Shown: positions 29,257 to 38,003 of the stretch, in pieces
Layout of the letters: every line of letters starts with the position of its first letter
Position numbering within the stretch: position 1 is the first letter of the stretch
Origin: Minisyncoccota bacterium
GTDB lineage: Bacteria > Patescibacteriota > Minisyncoccia > Phycocordibacterales > UBA9973
Length of the DNA: 54,025 nucleotides
Assembly: GCA_018063015.1 (NCBI GenBank)
Contig: JAGORC010000002.1
Location: 1 to 54,025, forward strand
Direction: 5' to 3'
Position numbers and translations under genes: made by a program
The notes under the pieces: model-generated
Databases searched by the model: none
Told to the model about the DNA's origin: nothing
The model's input: the letters and a program-made list of their open reading frames with translations, nothing else

Positions 29257-29270
29257 GTTTGAGTTTTTAT

Positions 29271-29279
29271 TGATATAAT
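29271..29279 (+). promoter_or_regulatory. extended -10 element TGATATAAT only 8 nt before the ATPase-1 ATG
   Basis: TGn at 29271-29273 and TATAAT at 29274-29279; the ATG is at 29288. This implies a leaderless or near-leaderless transcript if the element is functional. Confidence 0.3.
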
Positions 29280-29287
29280 TAAACAAT

Positions 29288-31432
29288 ATGGAATTTAAAG
29301 ATTTACCTGAGAATAGGGACCTTACCTATATTGGGATGACTACCTATAGAGAGGAGCATAAGCTTTTCGGCATTAAGCGAAAGGACCGTCGTCAGCATGT
29401 CTACATACTAGGTAAATCAGGAACAGGTAAATCTGTACTTATGTTCAACATGATAATTCAGAACATCAAGAATGGTGAAGGTGTTTGTGTTGTTGACCCA
29501 CACGGAGAGCTTGTAGAAGGAGTGCTGTCCGCAATACCTCCTGAAAGAGTAAAGGATGTTGTCTACTTCAATCCTGCAGACACAGGATATCATATAGGGT
29601 TTAATGTTCTTGAACTTGTTGATTCTAAGTATAAACATCTTGTGGCTTCAGGACTCATGGGAATATTTACCAAGATTTGGGCAAACGCATGGAGTGCCAG
29701 AATGGAATATATTCTAAACAATGCTATCTTGGCCTTACTCGACACACCAGGTTCCACACTTCTCGGTATTCCTAGAATGCTTGTGGATAAAGATTATCGT
29801 CAGCAGATTATCTCTAATCTTAAAGATCCAGTTATTAAAGCTTTCTGGGTTCATGAATACGAAGCTTGGCAGGATAAATTTAGAAATGAAGCTATTGCTC
29901 CTATTCAGAACAAGGTGGGTCAGTTCCTCTCTACTTCAATAATAAGAAACGTCGTCGGCCAGTCTCAAAGTACCATAAATGTTTTCGACATAATGAACAC
30001 TGGTAAAATTTTCCTAGTAAATGTATCTAAGGGTAGAATAGGTGAAGACAACTCAGCACTTCTAGGAGGTATGATAATCACCAAGGTTCAACTTGCAGCG
30101 ATGGAACGTGTTCGTATTCCAGAAGAAGAAAGAAGAGATTTCTATCTATATGTCGACGAGTTTCAAAACTTCGTAACCGATGCCTTTGCCGGAATTCTTT
30201 CTGAGGCTCGTAAATACAGATTAAATCTAACTATAGCTCACCAGTATACAGCTCAGCTTGCCACTAAGGACAGCTCAGCAATGAGAGATGCAGTTTTCGG
30301 TAACGTTGGAACAATGATTATATTTAGAGTAGGTGCTGATGATGCGGAATTCCTAGAGAAAGAATTTGAGCCAGAATTTACTCCACAAGATATAGTCAAC
30401 CTTCCAAACTATAAAATTTATCTCAAGCTTATGATAGATGGTATAACTTCTCGTCCTTTTTCATCCAAGACTCTTCCTCCTTTAGTAAAATCTGGAAATA
30501 AGGAAATTGAAGACGAAGTAATCAAATCTTCTAGAGCACTTTATTGTAGGCCAAAGGAAGTGGTTGAAGAAGAAATAAATACATGGAGTGGAATGATGAC
30601 CGGGGATGATCTAGCTACAGGAGAGAAGTTCGACGCTGTGTGTTCTATCTGCAAGAAAGCAGCCACAGTTCCGTTTAAACCAGAGCCAGGAAGGCCTGTT
30701 TATTGTAAAGACTGTATAGGTAAAATAAAGTCTGGAGATTTCAAAGCCAAGAGGGGAGCTGGAGGTAAGATTGAATATGATGAATCAACATTTTATAAAC
30801 CTCTTTCAGATTTAGGTATTGAATTTCAAGCTAAGGATAGTAATCTAAATCAATCACCTTATAAACAAGATTCAAGACCTGTATCACCTAGAGGTAATGG
30901 TGTATTTTCAAAAATCAAAAACACCTTCATACCTCCAAAGAAAGATGCAACAGGGCAATCAATTAAACACAAAGAAGTGTATATCAATCCAAGGACTAAA
31001 GAACAACCAAAAGATAAACCAAGAGATAATTCTGCATTAAGAGAAATATTAAACAAAACTCTAAATGAGAATAAGGTATTCGAAGACAAGAAACCAGAAG
31101 TAAAACTTGAAGAGAGGCCTACTCCAGAACCAATATCTCTGGACTCTCTTAAGTCTAAGCCAGAGATTAATAAAATAACTCCAGCCAAAGACAGAAGCGC
31201 AAATGCTGAAGAAATGAATAAGCTGAAGGATCTTATTTCAGGTCAAACAGAAGTAAATTCTCCTCTACCAAAAGTAGAACCAAAGGTTGAACCTAAGCCT
31301 CAGCCAAAGGCTGATCAGCCTCCGGTTGAAGAACCCCCGAAAGTAGCACAATCAATCCCTAGCCAACCAGAACAACCTAAGACTAATGTTCGAGAAGTCC
31401 CAGAGGATGTATTAAAGAAAATCTTAGAATAA
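29288..31432 (+). CDS. soluble VirD4/TraD-like P-loop ATPase with C-terminal CxxC-x17-CxxC zinc ribbon and a long low-complexity tail (ATPase 1)
   Basis: Walker A ILGKSGTGKS at about residue 42 with no preceding TM helix. Also DPHGEL, Walker [26 protein letters not shown], then CSICKKAATVPFKPEPGRPVYCKDC, then a Lys/Pro/Glu-rich tail. Confidence 0.8.
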   Translation: MEFKDLPENRDLTYIGMTTYREEHKLFGIKRKDRRQHVYILGKSGTGKSVLMFNMIIQNIKNGEGVCVVDPHGELVEGVLSAIPPERVKDVVYFNPADTGYHIGFNVLELVDSKYKHLVASGLMGIFTKIWANAWSARMEYILNNAILALLDTPGSTLLGIPRMLVDKDYRQQIISNLKDPVIKAFWVHEYEAWQDKFRNEAIAPIQNKVGQFLSTSIIRNVVGQSQSTINVFDIMNTGKIFLVNVSKGRIGEDNSALLGGMIITKVQLAAMERVRIPEEERRDFYLYVDEFQNFVTDAFAGILSEARKYRLNLTIAHQYTAQLATKDSSAMRDAVFGNVGTMIIFRVGADDAEFLEKEFEPEFTPQDIVNLPNYKIYLKLMIDGITSRPFSSKTLPPLVKSGNKEIEDEVIKSSRALYCRPKEVVEEEINTWSGMMTGDDLATGEKFDAVCSICKKAATVPFKPEPGRPVYCKDCIGKIKSGDFKAKRGAGGKIEYDESTFYKPLSDLGIEFQAKDSNLNQSPYKQDSRPVSPRGNGVFSKIKNTFIPPKKDATGQSIKHKEVYINPRTKEQPKDKPRDNSALREILNKTLNENKVFEDKKPEVKLEERPTPEPISLDSLKSKPEINKITPAKDRSANAEEMNKLKDLISGQTEVNSPLPKVEPKVEPKPQPKADQPPVEEPPKVAQSIPSQPEQPKTNVREVPEDVLKKILE

Positions 31433-31433
31433 A

Positions 31434-33137
31434 ATGCAACCTGAAACCAGAAATTGCCAGAATTGTAAAAATGATTTCATAATAGAAACTGAAGATTTTA
31501 ATTTCTACGAAAAGATAAAAGTCCCTCCACCGACTTGGTGTCCAGAATGTCGTGTTGAAAGAAGACTTTCTTTTGTTAATGCTTGGAACATATTTTGGCG
31601 TAATTGTGATAAATGTGGGAACAAGACAATGTCTGCATATCATCCAGATGAAAAAATGAAAGTTTTTTGTCAGCCTTGTTGGTGGAAAGATGATTGGGAT
31701 GGTACAGAGTATGCAATGGAATATAACCCTAATAAACCATTTCTAGAACAGGTAAAGGAACTCCAAGATAAAACTCCTCATGTAGCTCTTGAAACTAACT
31801 ATACTACTTTAAAAAATTCAGAATATTGTAATGGGGTAGCATGGGTTAAGGATTGCTATCTTACTTTCTGGGCTGATTATTGCGATAACGTTTTTTATTC
31901 CTCAATATTAAATAACTTAAAATATAGTTCGGATTGTTTAAGAGCTCAAGATTCCGAGCTATGTTATGAAGCTATCGGTATAAGCAAGTGTTACCAAACT
32001 TTCTTTTCTGAAGAATGCGATGCATGTGTAGATGTTTGGTTTTCCCGTAATTGTTACAGTTGCACAAATTGCATCGGATGTGCCAATCTTAGAGGAGCAT
32101 CATATTGCATTTTTAATATTAAATACAGTAAGGAGGAATTTGAACAGAAAGTAAAAGAATTAAGATTAGATTCATGGCGAGGACTACAAGAATTAAAGGA
32201 AGAAGCTAGAAAATTTTGGGTTACAAAACCAAAAAGAGAATACAATGGTAACACTTTAAATAAAAATGTTACTGGTGAATATGTTTTTAATTCAAAAAAT
32301 GCAAAAGAGATGTATGTATGTGTTGGTGCCGAGGATTGTAAATGGTGTCAATTTATAAGTGTAGGCCCAGCTAAAGAATGTATTGACTATTCAGGATGGG
32401 GTAATAACGTCAGCCAGATGTATGAGTGCGGTAATGTAGGGGAAAACGCAGCACAATGTAAATTTTCTTTTTACTGTTTTCCAGATAGTTTAAATCTTGA
32501 GTATTGCGGGTGGTGTACATCTGGTAAAAATAATCTCGGATGTATGAACCTAAAAAGAAAACAATACTGTATTTTAAATAAACAATATTCAAAAGAAGAA
32601 TTTGAAAAGCTAAAACTTAAAATTTTAGAAGATATGAAAGTTAACCCTTATGTTGATAAATTAGGACGGAATTTTTTTTATGGAGAATTTTTTCCACTTG
32701 AATTTAGTAAGTTTCCTTATAATAAATCAAACGCGATAAGATTTTTTCCAAAAAAGAAAGAAGACGCTATAACTCAAGGGTATTATTGGTTAGAGTCAGA
32801 AAATTTATCGTCAAACATCTCCATAGAATCATCTAGCTTACCAGACAGTATTAATGATACTAATGAATTAATTTTGAATGATATTATATCCTGTTCTCTA
32901 TGTAGAAAGGGATATAAGGTAACAAAGGGAGAGCTTGATTTACTAAGAAAATTAAAAATTCCATTACCCCACGAATGTCCAAAATGTAGAGAAAACGATA
33001 GATTTAATAGATGTAACTCACCTAAGCTGTACCAAAGAAGTTGCGATAAGTGCAAAAAGGAAATTAGTAGTGCTTTCTCACCAAATCGAGCAGAGATAGT
33101 TTATTGCGTTGAGTGTTATCAAGCAGAATTTTTATAA
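31434..33137 (+). CDS. Cys-rich double-zinc-ribbon protein, paralog 3
   Basis: 567 aa, starting 1 nt after the ATPase-1 stop. Same architecture; CDKC-x17-CQPC and CDKC-x17-CVEC. Confidence 0.85.
   Translation: MQPETRNCQNCKNDFIIETEDFNFYEKIKVPPPTWCPECRVERRLSFVNAWNIFWRNCDKCGNKTMSAYHPDEKMKVFCQPCWWKDDWDGTEYAMEYNPNKPFLEQVKELQDKTPHVALETNYTTLKNSEYCNGVAWVKDCYLTFWADYCDNVFYSSILNNLKYSSDCLRAQDSELCYEAIGISKCYQTFFSEECDACVDVWFSRNCYSCTNCIGCANLRGASYCIFNIKYSKEEFEQKVKELRLDSWRGLQELKEEARKFWVTKPKREYNGNTLNKNVTGEYVFNSKNAKEMYVCVGAEDCKWCQFISVGPAKECIDYSGWGNNVSQMYECGNVGENAAQCKFSFYCFPDSLNLEYCGWCTSGKNNLGCMNLKRKQYCILNKQYSKEEFEKLKLKILEDMKVNPYVDKLGRNFFYGEFFPLEFSKFPYNKSNAIRFFPKKKEDAITQGYYWLESENLSSNISIESSSLPDSINDTNELILNDIISCSLCRKGYKVTKGELDLLRKLKIPLPHECPKCRENDRFNRCNSPKLYQRSCDKCKKEISSAFSPNRAEIVYCVECYQAEFL
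31454..31531 (+). repeat. 78-nt 5' tract, 75/78 identical to 33159-33236 (paralog 4)
   Basis: TTGCCAGAATTGTAAAAATGATTTCA[T/C]AATAGAAACTGAAGATTTTAATTTCTACGAAAAGATAAAAGT[CC/TT]CTCCACC, aligned by hand. Confidence 0.9.
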
Positions 33138-33138
33138 T

Positions 33139-34845
33139 ATGAAACCCGAAAATAAAACTTGCCAGAATTGTAAAAATGATTTCACAATAGAAACTGAAGA
33201 TTTTAATTTCTACGAAAAGATAAAAGTTTCTCCACCAACCTTTTGCCCTAGGTGTAGGCTTATTCGTAGAATGACGAATACAAACGAACGTGTCTTATAC
33301 AAGAGGAAGTGTGATTTAACAGGGGAGTCCATTCTAAGCATGTTTCCTGAGGACGCTCCATTTCCAGTATATAAATCAGAAGCTTGGTATTCTGATGATT
33401 GGGATCCATATAAATACGGCATGGAGTATGATTTCTCTCGACCATTCTTCGAACAATTTCAGAAATTACTAAATAAAGTTCCCCGAATGGCTCTTGTAAA
33501 ACAAGGATTATCTAAGAATAGTGAATACACTCATAGGGTTCATGATATGAAGGATTCTTATATGGTCTTTCGTATGAGTGGAAGTCAGGATTCTATGTAT
33601 TCTTATGTTGGGAAAAATATTATAAATTGTGTTGATTGTTTAAGTATTTGGGATTCTGAGCTATGTTATGAGTGCATAGATTGTAACAACTGCTATAAGG
33701 TTAGATTTACAGAAGAGAGTCACGATTGTCGAGATTCTTTCTTCTTGTATGCATGCAGGAATTGTTCTGATTGTGTCGGATGTATTAATTTAGTAAATCA
33801 GCAATACTGTATTTTAAATCAAAAATATACAAAAGAAGAATATCAAGAAAAAATAAAAGAATTAAGATTAAACACCTTTTCGGGCATTGAAAGTTTTAAA
33901 GAAAAGTTTGAAGAATTCAAAAAAGATTTTCCAATCAAGGCAGTACATTCTCTAAAGTCAAATAATATTTCAGGTAATTGGATTGTGAATTGTCAAAATG
34001 TAAAAAACTCCTTTGGCTGTCTAAATGTAAAGGATGGTAAGAACCTATTTTGGATATTCAATGCACAAGACTGTATGGATTATTTCCAGTGGGGCAACAG
34101 TGCAGAGCTCGTGTATGAATCTGAGAATGTAGGAATAAACGTGTCTAGAATAAAATTCTCTTCTCAATGCTGGATGGGAGCACACGATTTGACTTACTGT
34201 GACTCATGTCCTGGAGCTAAGAATTGCTTTGGTTGTATAGGTACTAAACAAGGAGAATATTCAATTTTGAATAAAAAATACACCAAAGAAGAATATGAAG
34301 CTATGTTGCCTAAAGTAATAGAACATATGAACAATATGCCTTATATAGACGAACAGGGAATAGTATATAAATATGGAGAAAATTTCCCAATTTCTTTATC
34401 ACCATTTGCCTACAACGAAACCGCAGCAATGGATTTCTTCCCATTAACCAAGAATGAAATAGAAAATCTTGGGTATAAATGGAAAGAGAAGGAAAAGAAG
34501 AATTATCAAACAACAATAAAGAGTAATGATTTACCAGAAACGATATTAGAGACAGGAGAAAATATACTAAATGAGGTTATAGAGTGTGCCGAAAAAGATA
34601 AAGAATATTCAGTTGGAGCATATAAGATAACAGAGAATGAGCTCTCTTTTTACAAAAGAATGGACTTACCTTTACCTAGGGTATGTTTCGATGTAAGGCA
34701 CAAGAGACGTTTGATTAGACGTCCACAGCCTAATTTGTATGATAGAGTATGTACTAAGTGTAACGCAGAAGTAAAAACTGTTTACGATCAATCCCGTGCA
34801 CCAATAGTTTATTGCGAGAAATGTTATCAGCAAGAAGTATATTAA
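33139..34845 (+). CDS. Cys-rich paralog 4, with two partly degenerate zinc ribbons
   Basis: Starts MKPENKTCQNCK at an ATG 1 nt after the paralog 3 stop (the track start at 33109 is rejected). The N-terminal second ribbon and the C-terminal first ribbon have lost cysteines. Confidence 0.85.
   Translation: MKPENKTCQNCKNDFTIETEDFNFYEKIKVSPPTFCPRCRLIRRMTNTNERVLYKRKCDLTGESILSMFPEDAPFPVYKSEAWYSDDWDPYKYGMEYDFSRPFFEQFQKLLNKVPRMALVKQGLSKNSEYTHRVHDMKDSYMVFRMSGSQDSMYSYVGKNIINCVDCLSIWDSELCYECIDCNNCYKVRFTEESHDCRDSFFLYACRNCSDCVGCINLVNQQYCILNQKYTKEEYQEKIKELRLNTFSGIESFKEKFEEFKKDFPIKAVHSLKSNNISGNWIVNCQNVKNSFGCLNVKDGKNLFWIFNAQDCMDYFQWGNSAELVYESENVGINVSRIKFSSQCWMGAHDLTYCDSCPGAKNCFGCIGTKQGEYSILNKKYTKEEYEAMLPKVIEHMNNMPYIDEQGIVYKYGENFPISLSPFAYNETAAMDFFPLTKNEIENLGYKWKEKEKKNYQTTIKSNDLPETILETGENILNEVIECAEKDKEYSVGAYKITENELSFYKRMDLPLPRVCFDVRHKRRLIRRPQPNLYDRVCTKCNAEVKTVYDQSRAPIVYCEKCYQQEVY
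33159..33236 (+). repeat. 78-nt 5' tract matching paralog 3
   Basis: See 31454-31531. Confidence 0.9.
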
Positions 34846-34847
34846 TT

Positions 34848-36512
34848 ATGGAAACAAGAGAATGCAAAAAATGTAATAAAAGTTTCTCCATGGATAAAGA
34901 CGAACTTGGGTTCTATGAGAAGATGAATGTTCCAATACCTAAGGTTTGTCCTGATTGTCGATTTGTTATGAAAGCTCTTTTTAGAAATGAGACAACTCTC
35001 TATTCAGGTAGAAAATGTGATTTATGTGGCAAATCTATAATATCAATCTATCATCCAAAATCCCCATATACTATTTACTGTTATGATTGCTTTTATTCTG
35101 AAAAATGGGACGCAAAAAATTATGCACTAGATTATGATGAGTCCAAGCCATTCTTAGATCAGTTCAAGGAATTAATGTTAAAAGTTCCTAAAATCAATAC
35201 TTACGTTTCTCTCGGCGGCGGTCCCAACATAAATAGTGATTATACAAATATGACTAGTGGAGCAAGGAATTCTTATCTTATTTTTAATACTACGGTTGCT
35301 GAAGATACTATGTATACAAGAGGTCTGAGGAACGTGAAAGATTCTTGTGATCTTTATTTTGGAACAAATGTTGAACGTTGCTACGACTCTATTAATGTTC
35401 AAGAATCTAATGGGATTCTGTGGAGTCAGAATGTTAGTGGATGTGTTGATTCAGCTTTTATATTAAATGGGCGAGGGCTAATCAATTGTTTTGGTTGCGT
35501 TAATTTAAACAATAAATCATATTATTTTCTTAATAAACAACTCACCCCAGAAGAATATCAAGAAAAAGTTAAGGAAATAATGGGCTCATATGAAAAGATA
35601 GAAAAATTTAAACAAGAGTTTAAAGAATTTGCTTCTAAATTTCCAAGAAGAGAAAACAATAATATACAAACAAAAGATTCTTCAGGAGATTATATTTTTA
35701 GATCCAAAAATGTAAAAGACTCATTTGAAGTAGCAAATAGTGAATATTGCCGGTACGCTTATTCTTCTAAAGAGATGAAAGATTCCTATGGCATCATAGG
35801 TTATGGTGTAAAATCAGAAAAAATGCTTGAAGTAGTTGCAACTGGATTTTCAAGTAATGTAATAGGTTCTTACGGACTAGAAAATTCTACAAATACTTTG
35901 TACGGATTTTATATACGTGGTTGCAATAATTGTATTGGTTGTGATGGACTACACCACGCGGATTATGCGATTTTAAATAAAACTTACTTAAGAGAAGAAT
36001 ATGAGCGATTAAAAAATAAAATTATTAAAGAACTTACTGACCAAGACCTGTATGGATTAATGATACCTCCACAACTTGCACCTTTTGCATACAATGAAAC
36101 CATTGCTCTATATGAGTCTCCATTAGAAAAAGAGGAAGTCATTAAAACGGGTTGGAGATGGGAAGATGATGTTCAGAAAACCGAAGGACAAGAAACTATT
36201 AAATCAGAAAATATTACAGATAATATTAAAAATATTAATAATTCTATAATTAAAGAAATCCTCAAATGTATTGATTGTTTTAGAAATTACAAAATTACCG
36301 AACAGGAATTTATTTTTTACAAAAAGATGAATATTCCCATACCTAGAAAATGTTTCTTTTGTCGTCACAAAGATCGAATACAGAAAAGGGGACCATATAA
36401 ATTCTGGGATAGAAAATGTGTTAAATGCGATAAGGGTATAGTAACTAACTATTCCCCAGAAAGGCCAGAGATAGTTTATTGCGAGAAATGTTATCAGCAA
36501 GAGGTTTATTAG
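34848..36512 (+). CDS. Cys-rich double-zinc-ribbon protein, paralog 5 (most divergent N-terminus)
   Basis: Starts METRECKKCNK at an ATG 2 nt after the paralog 4 stop. CDLC-x17-CYDC and CVKC-x17-CEKC. Confidence 0.85.
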   Translation: METRECKKCNKSFSMDKDELGFYEKMNVPIPKVCPDCRFVMKALFRNETTLYSGRKCDLCGKSIISIYHPKSPYTIYCYDCFYSEKWDAKNYALDYDESKPFLDQFKELMLKVPKINTYVSLGGGPNINSDYTNMTSGARNSYLIFNTTVAEDTMYTRGLRNVKDSCDLYFGTNVERCYDSINVQESNGILWSQNVSGCVDSAFILNGRGLINCFGCVNLNNKSYYFLNKQLTPEEYQEKVKEIMGSYEKIEKFKQEFKEFASKFPRRENNNIQTKDSSGDYIFRSKNVKDSFEVANSEYCRYAYSSKEMKDSYGIIGYGVKSEKMLEVVATGFSSNVIGSYGLENSTNTLYGFYIRGCNNCIGCDGLHHADYAILNKTYLREEYERLKNKIIKELTDQDLYGLMIPPQLAPFAYNETIALYESPLEKEEVIKTGWRWEDDVQKTEGQETIKSENITDNIKNINNSIIKEILKCIDCFRNYKITEQEFIFYKKMNIPIPRKCFFCRHKDRIQKRGPYKFWDRKCVKCDKGIVTNYSPERPEIVYCEKCYQQEVY

Positions 36513-36541
36513 ATGTATAATTTGTGTTAAAATAGCTTTAT

Positions 36542-37993
36542 ATGCCAAGGCAGAATAGGGTTCAAATAATCAAATACGGTCCACCACCACCAGAGCTTCC
36601 TGTTTTCGGGAAAGTTGACCCCGAAGAAACATCTTTTATAGGACGAACGAACTACGTAGCTTCTCTTGAAGAAAAGAAGTTTATTTTTGGTATTAAGCGT
36701 GTAGATAGAAGAAGACACTTATATATCATAGGTAAGTCAGGAGTAGGAAAGACTAAACTCCTAGAGCTTCTAATTCGTCAGGATGTGACTTACAAACATG
36801 GGCTTTGTCTTATTGACCCGCATGGAGACGTCATTGATGCGATACTAGATTATATTCCTAAAGATCGAATTGAAGATGTGTGTCTTATTGACCCATCAGA
36901 TGTAGATTATCCCGCATCATTTAATCCTCTTGCAAACGTTGACCCAGCATTTAAATTTATTCTTACTCAAGGTTTGATAGAAGTTCTAGAGAAACAGTTC
37001 GGTGCGAACTGGACTCCTCGTCTTGAACACGTATTCCGATTTACTTGTCTTGCGTTGCTTGACTATCCTCATGCGACGATGCGTGGAATGATATCCATGC
37101 TTACTGATAGAAACTACAGACAGAAGGTTGTGGAATATATAACAGACGACATGGTTAAGAGATTCTTCGCAATAGAATTCGCTGATTGGTCTGAGAAATT
37201 CGATACCGACGCGATCATTCCGCTTGTTAACAAGCTAGGTCAGTTCCTGTCTGATCCACTCCTTCGAAACATATTCGGACAGAAAGAAAACAAAATTGAC
37301 ATAACTAGGCTTATGAATGAAGAGAAGATAGTACTGATAAATCTTTCAAAGGGACGAATCGGAGAAGAGAACTCTAGCTTCTTCGGTTCTATGTTCTTGA
37401 CCAAGATTAAGCAAGCTGGAATGGAACGTCAAAATATTCCAGAGAAAGACCGTAAAGATTTCTATCTATACATAGACGAGTTCCACAATATAGTCACTCA
37501 AACATTTGAAAACATTCTTTCCGAGGCTCGTAAGTATGCACTCAACTTAACAATAGCTCATCAATACATTGGTCAGCTTATTCCTCAGGTTCAACACGCA
37601 GTACTAGGAAATACAGGAAGTCTAATATGCTTTCGAGTTGGAGGTGAAGATGCAGTTAAGCTTAAACCAGAATTTGCACCACTTTTCGACGTCAAAGATA
37701 TGATCAATCTTGCTGTTACAGAATTCTACGTGAAGATGACAATAGATGGAGAATCCTATGATCCATTTTCAGCTGAGACTCTCAAAGTCTTACCACCACC
37801 ACATGTTTCCTATAGAGAGGAAATTTTAGAATCATCAAGAACAAAATATTCTATTCCTAAAGATGCTGCAGCCAAACTGATTGCCGAAGAAGAGTCCACA
37901 ATAATAAGAAGTGCAGAAGAAAAGGCAATCATAGAGGGTAAGCCAAGAAAAGACGACAAAATATCTTCACAAGAGGCTGAGCCTATGATATAG
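36542..37993 (+). CDS. soluble VirD4/TraD-like P-loop ATPase, ATPase 2 (no zinc ribbon or tail)
   Basis: [41 protein letters not shown]. It is collinear with the ATPase-1 core and ends about 60 residues after the core. Confidence 0.8.
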   Translation: MPRQNRVQIIKYGPPPPELPVFGKVDPEETSFIGRTNYVASLEEKKFIFGIKRVDRRRHLYIIGKSGVGKTKLLELLIRQDVTYKHGLCLIDPHGDVIDAILDYIPKDRIEDVCLIDPSDVDYPASFNPLANVDPAFKFILTQGLIEVLEKQFGANWTPRLEHVFRFTCLALLDYPHATMRGMISMLTDRNYRQKVVEYITDDMVKRFFAIEFADWSEKFDTDAIIPLVNKLGQFLSDPLLRNIFGQKENKIDITRLMNEEKIVLINLSKGRIGEENSSFFGSMFLTKIKQAGMERQNIPEKDRKDFYLYIDEFHNIVTQTFENILSEARKYALNLTIAHQYIGQLIPQVQHAVLGNTGSLICFRVGGEDAVKLKPEFAPLFDVKDMINLAVTEFYVKMTIDGESYDPFSAETLKVLPPPHVSYREEILESSRTKYSIPKDAAAKLIAEEESTIIRSAEEKAIIEGKPRKDDKISSQEAEPMI

Positions 37994-38003
37994 TTTTTTA
38001 ACT

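Noticed and set aside
22940-36512. The repeated 60-80-nt tracts as a CRISPR array or non-coding repeat family.
   Set aside because: The repeats are in frame at homologous positions of paralogous genes spaced about 1.7 kb apart. There is no short regular repeat-spacer periodicity and there are no cas genes.
29288-37993. Integrative conjugative element or T4SS island, suggested by the VirD4/TraD-like ATPases.
   Set aside because: There is no relaxase, VirB4, VirB6, pilin, integrase or flanking tRNA/att-like repeat in the window. The ATPases lack the N-terminal TM helices of coupling proteins. Composition matches the host genes, and the genes are operonic with dnaJ.
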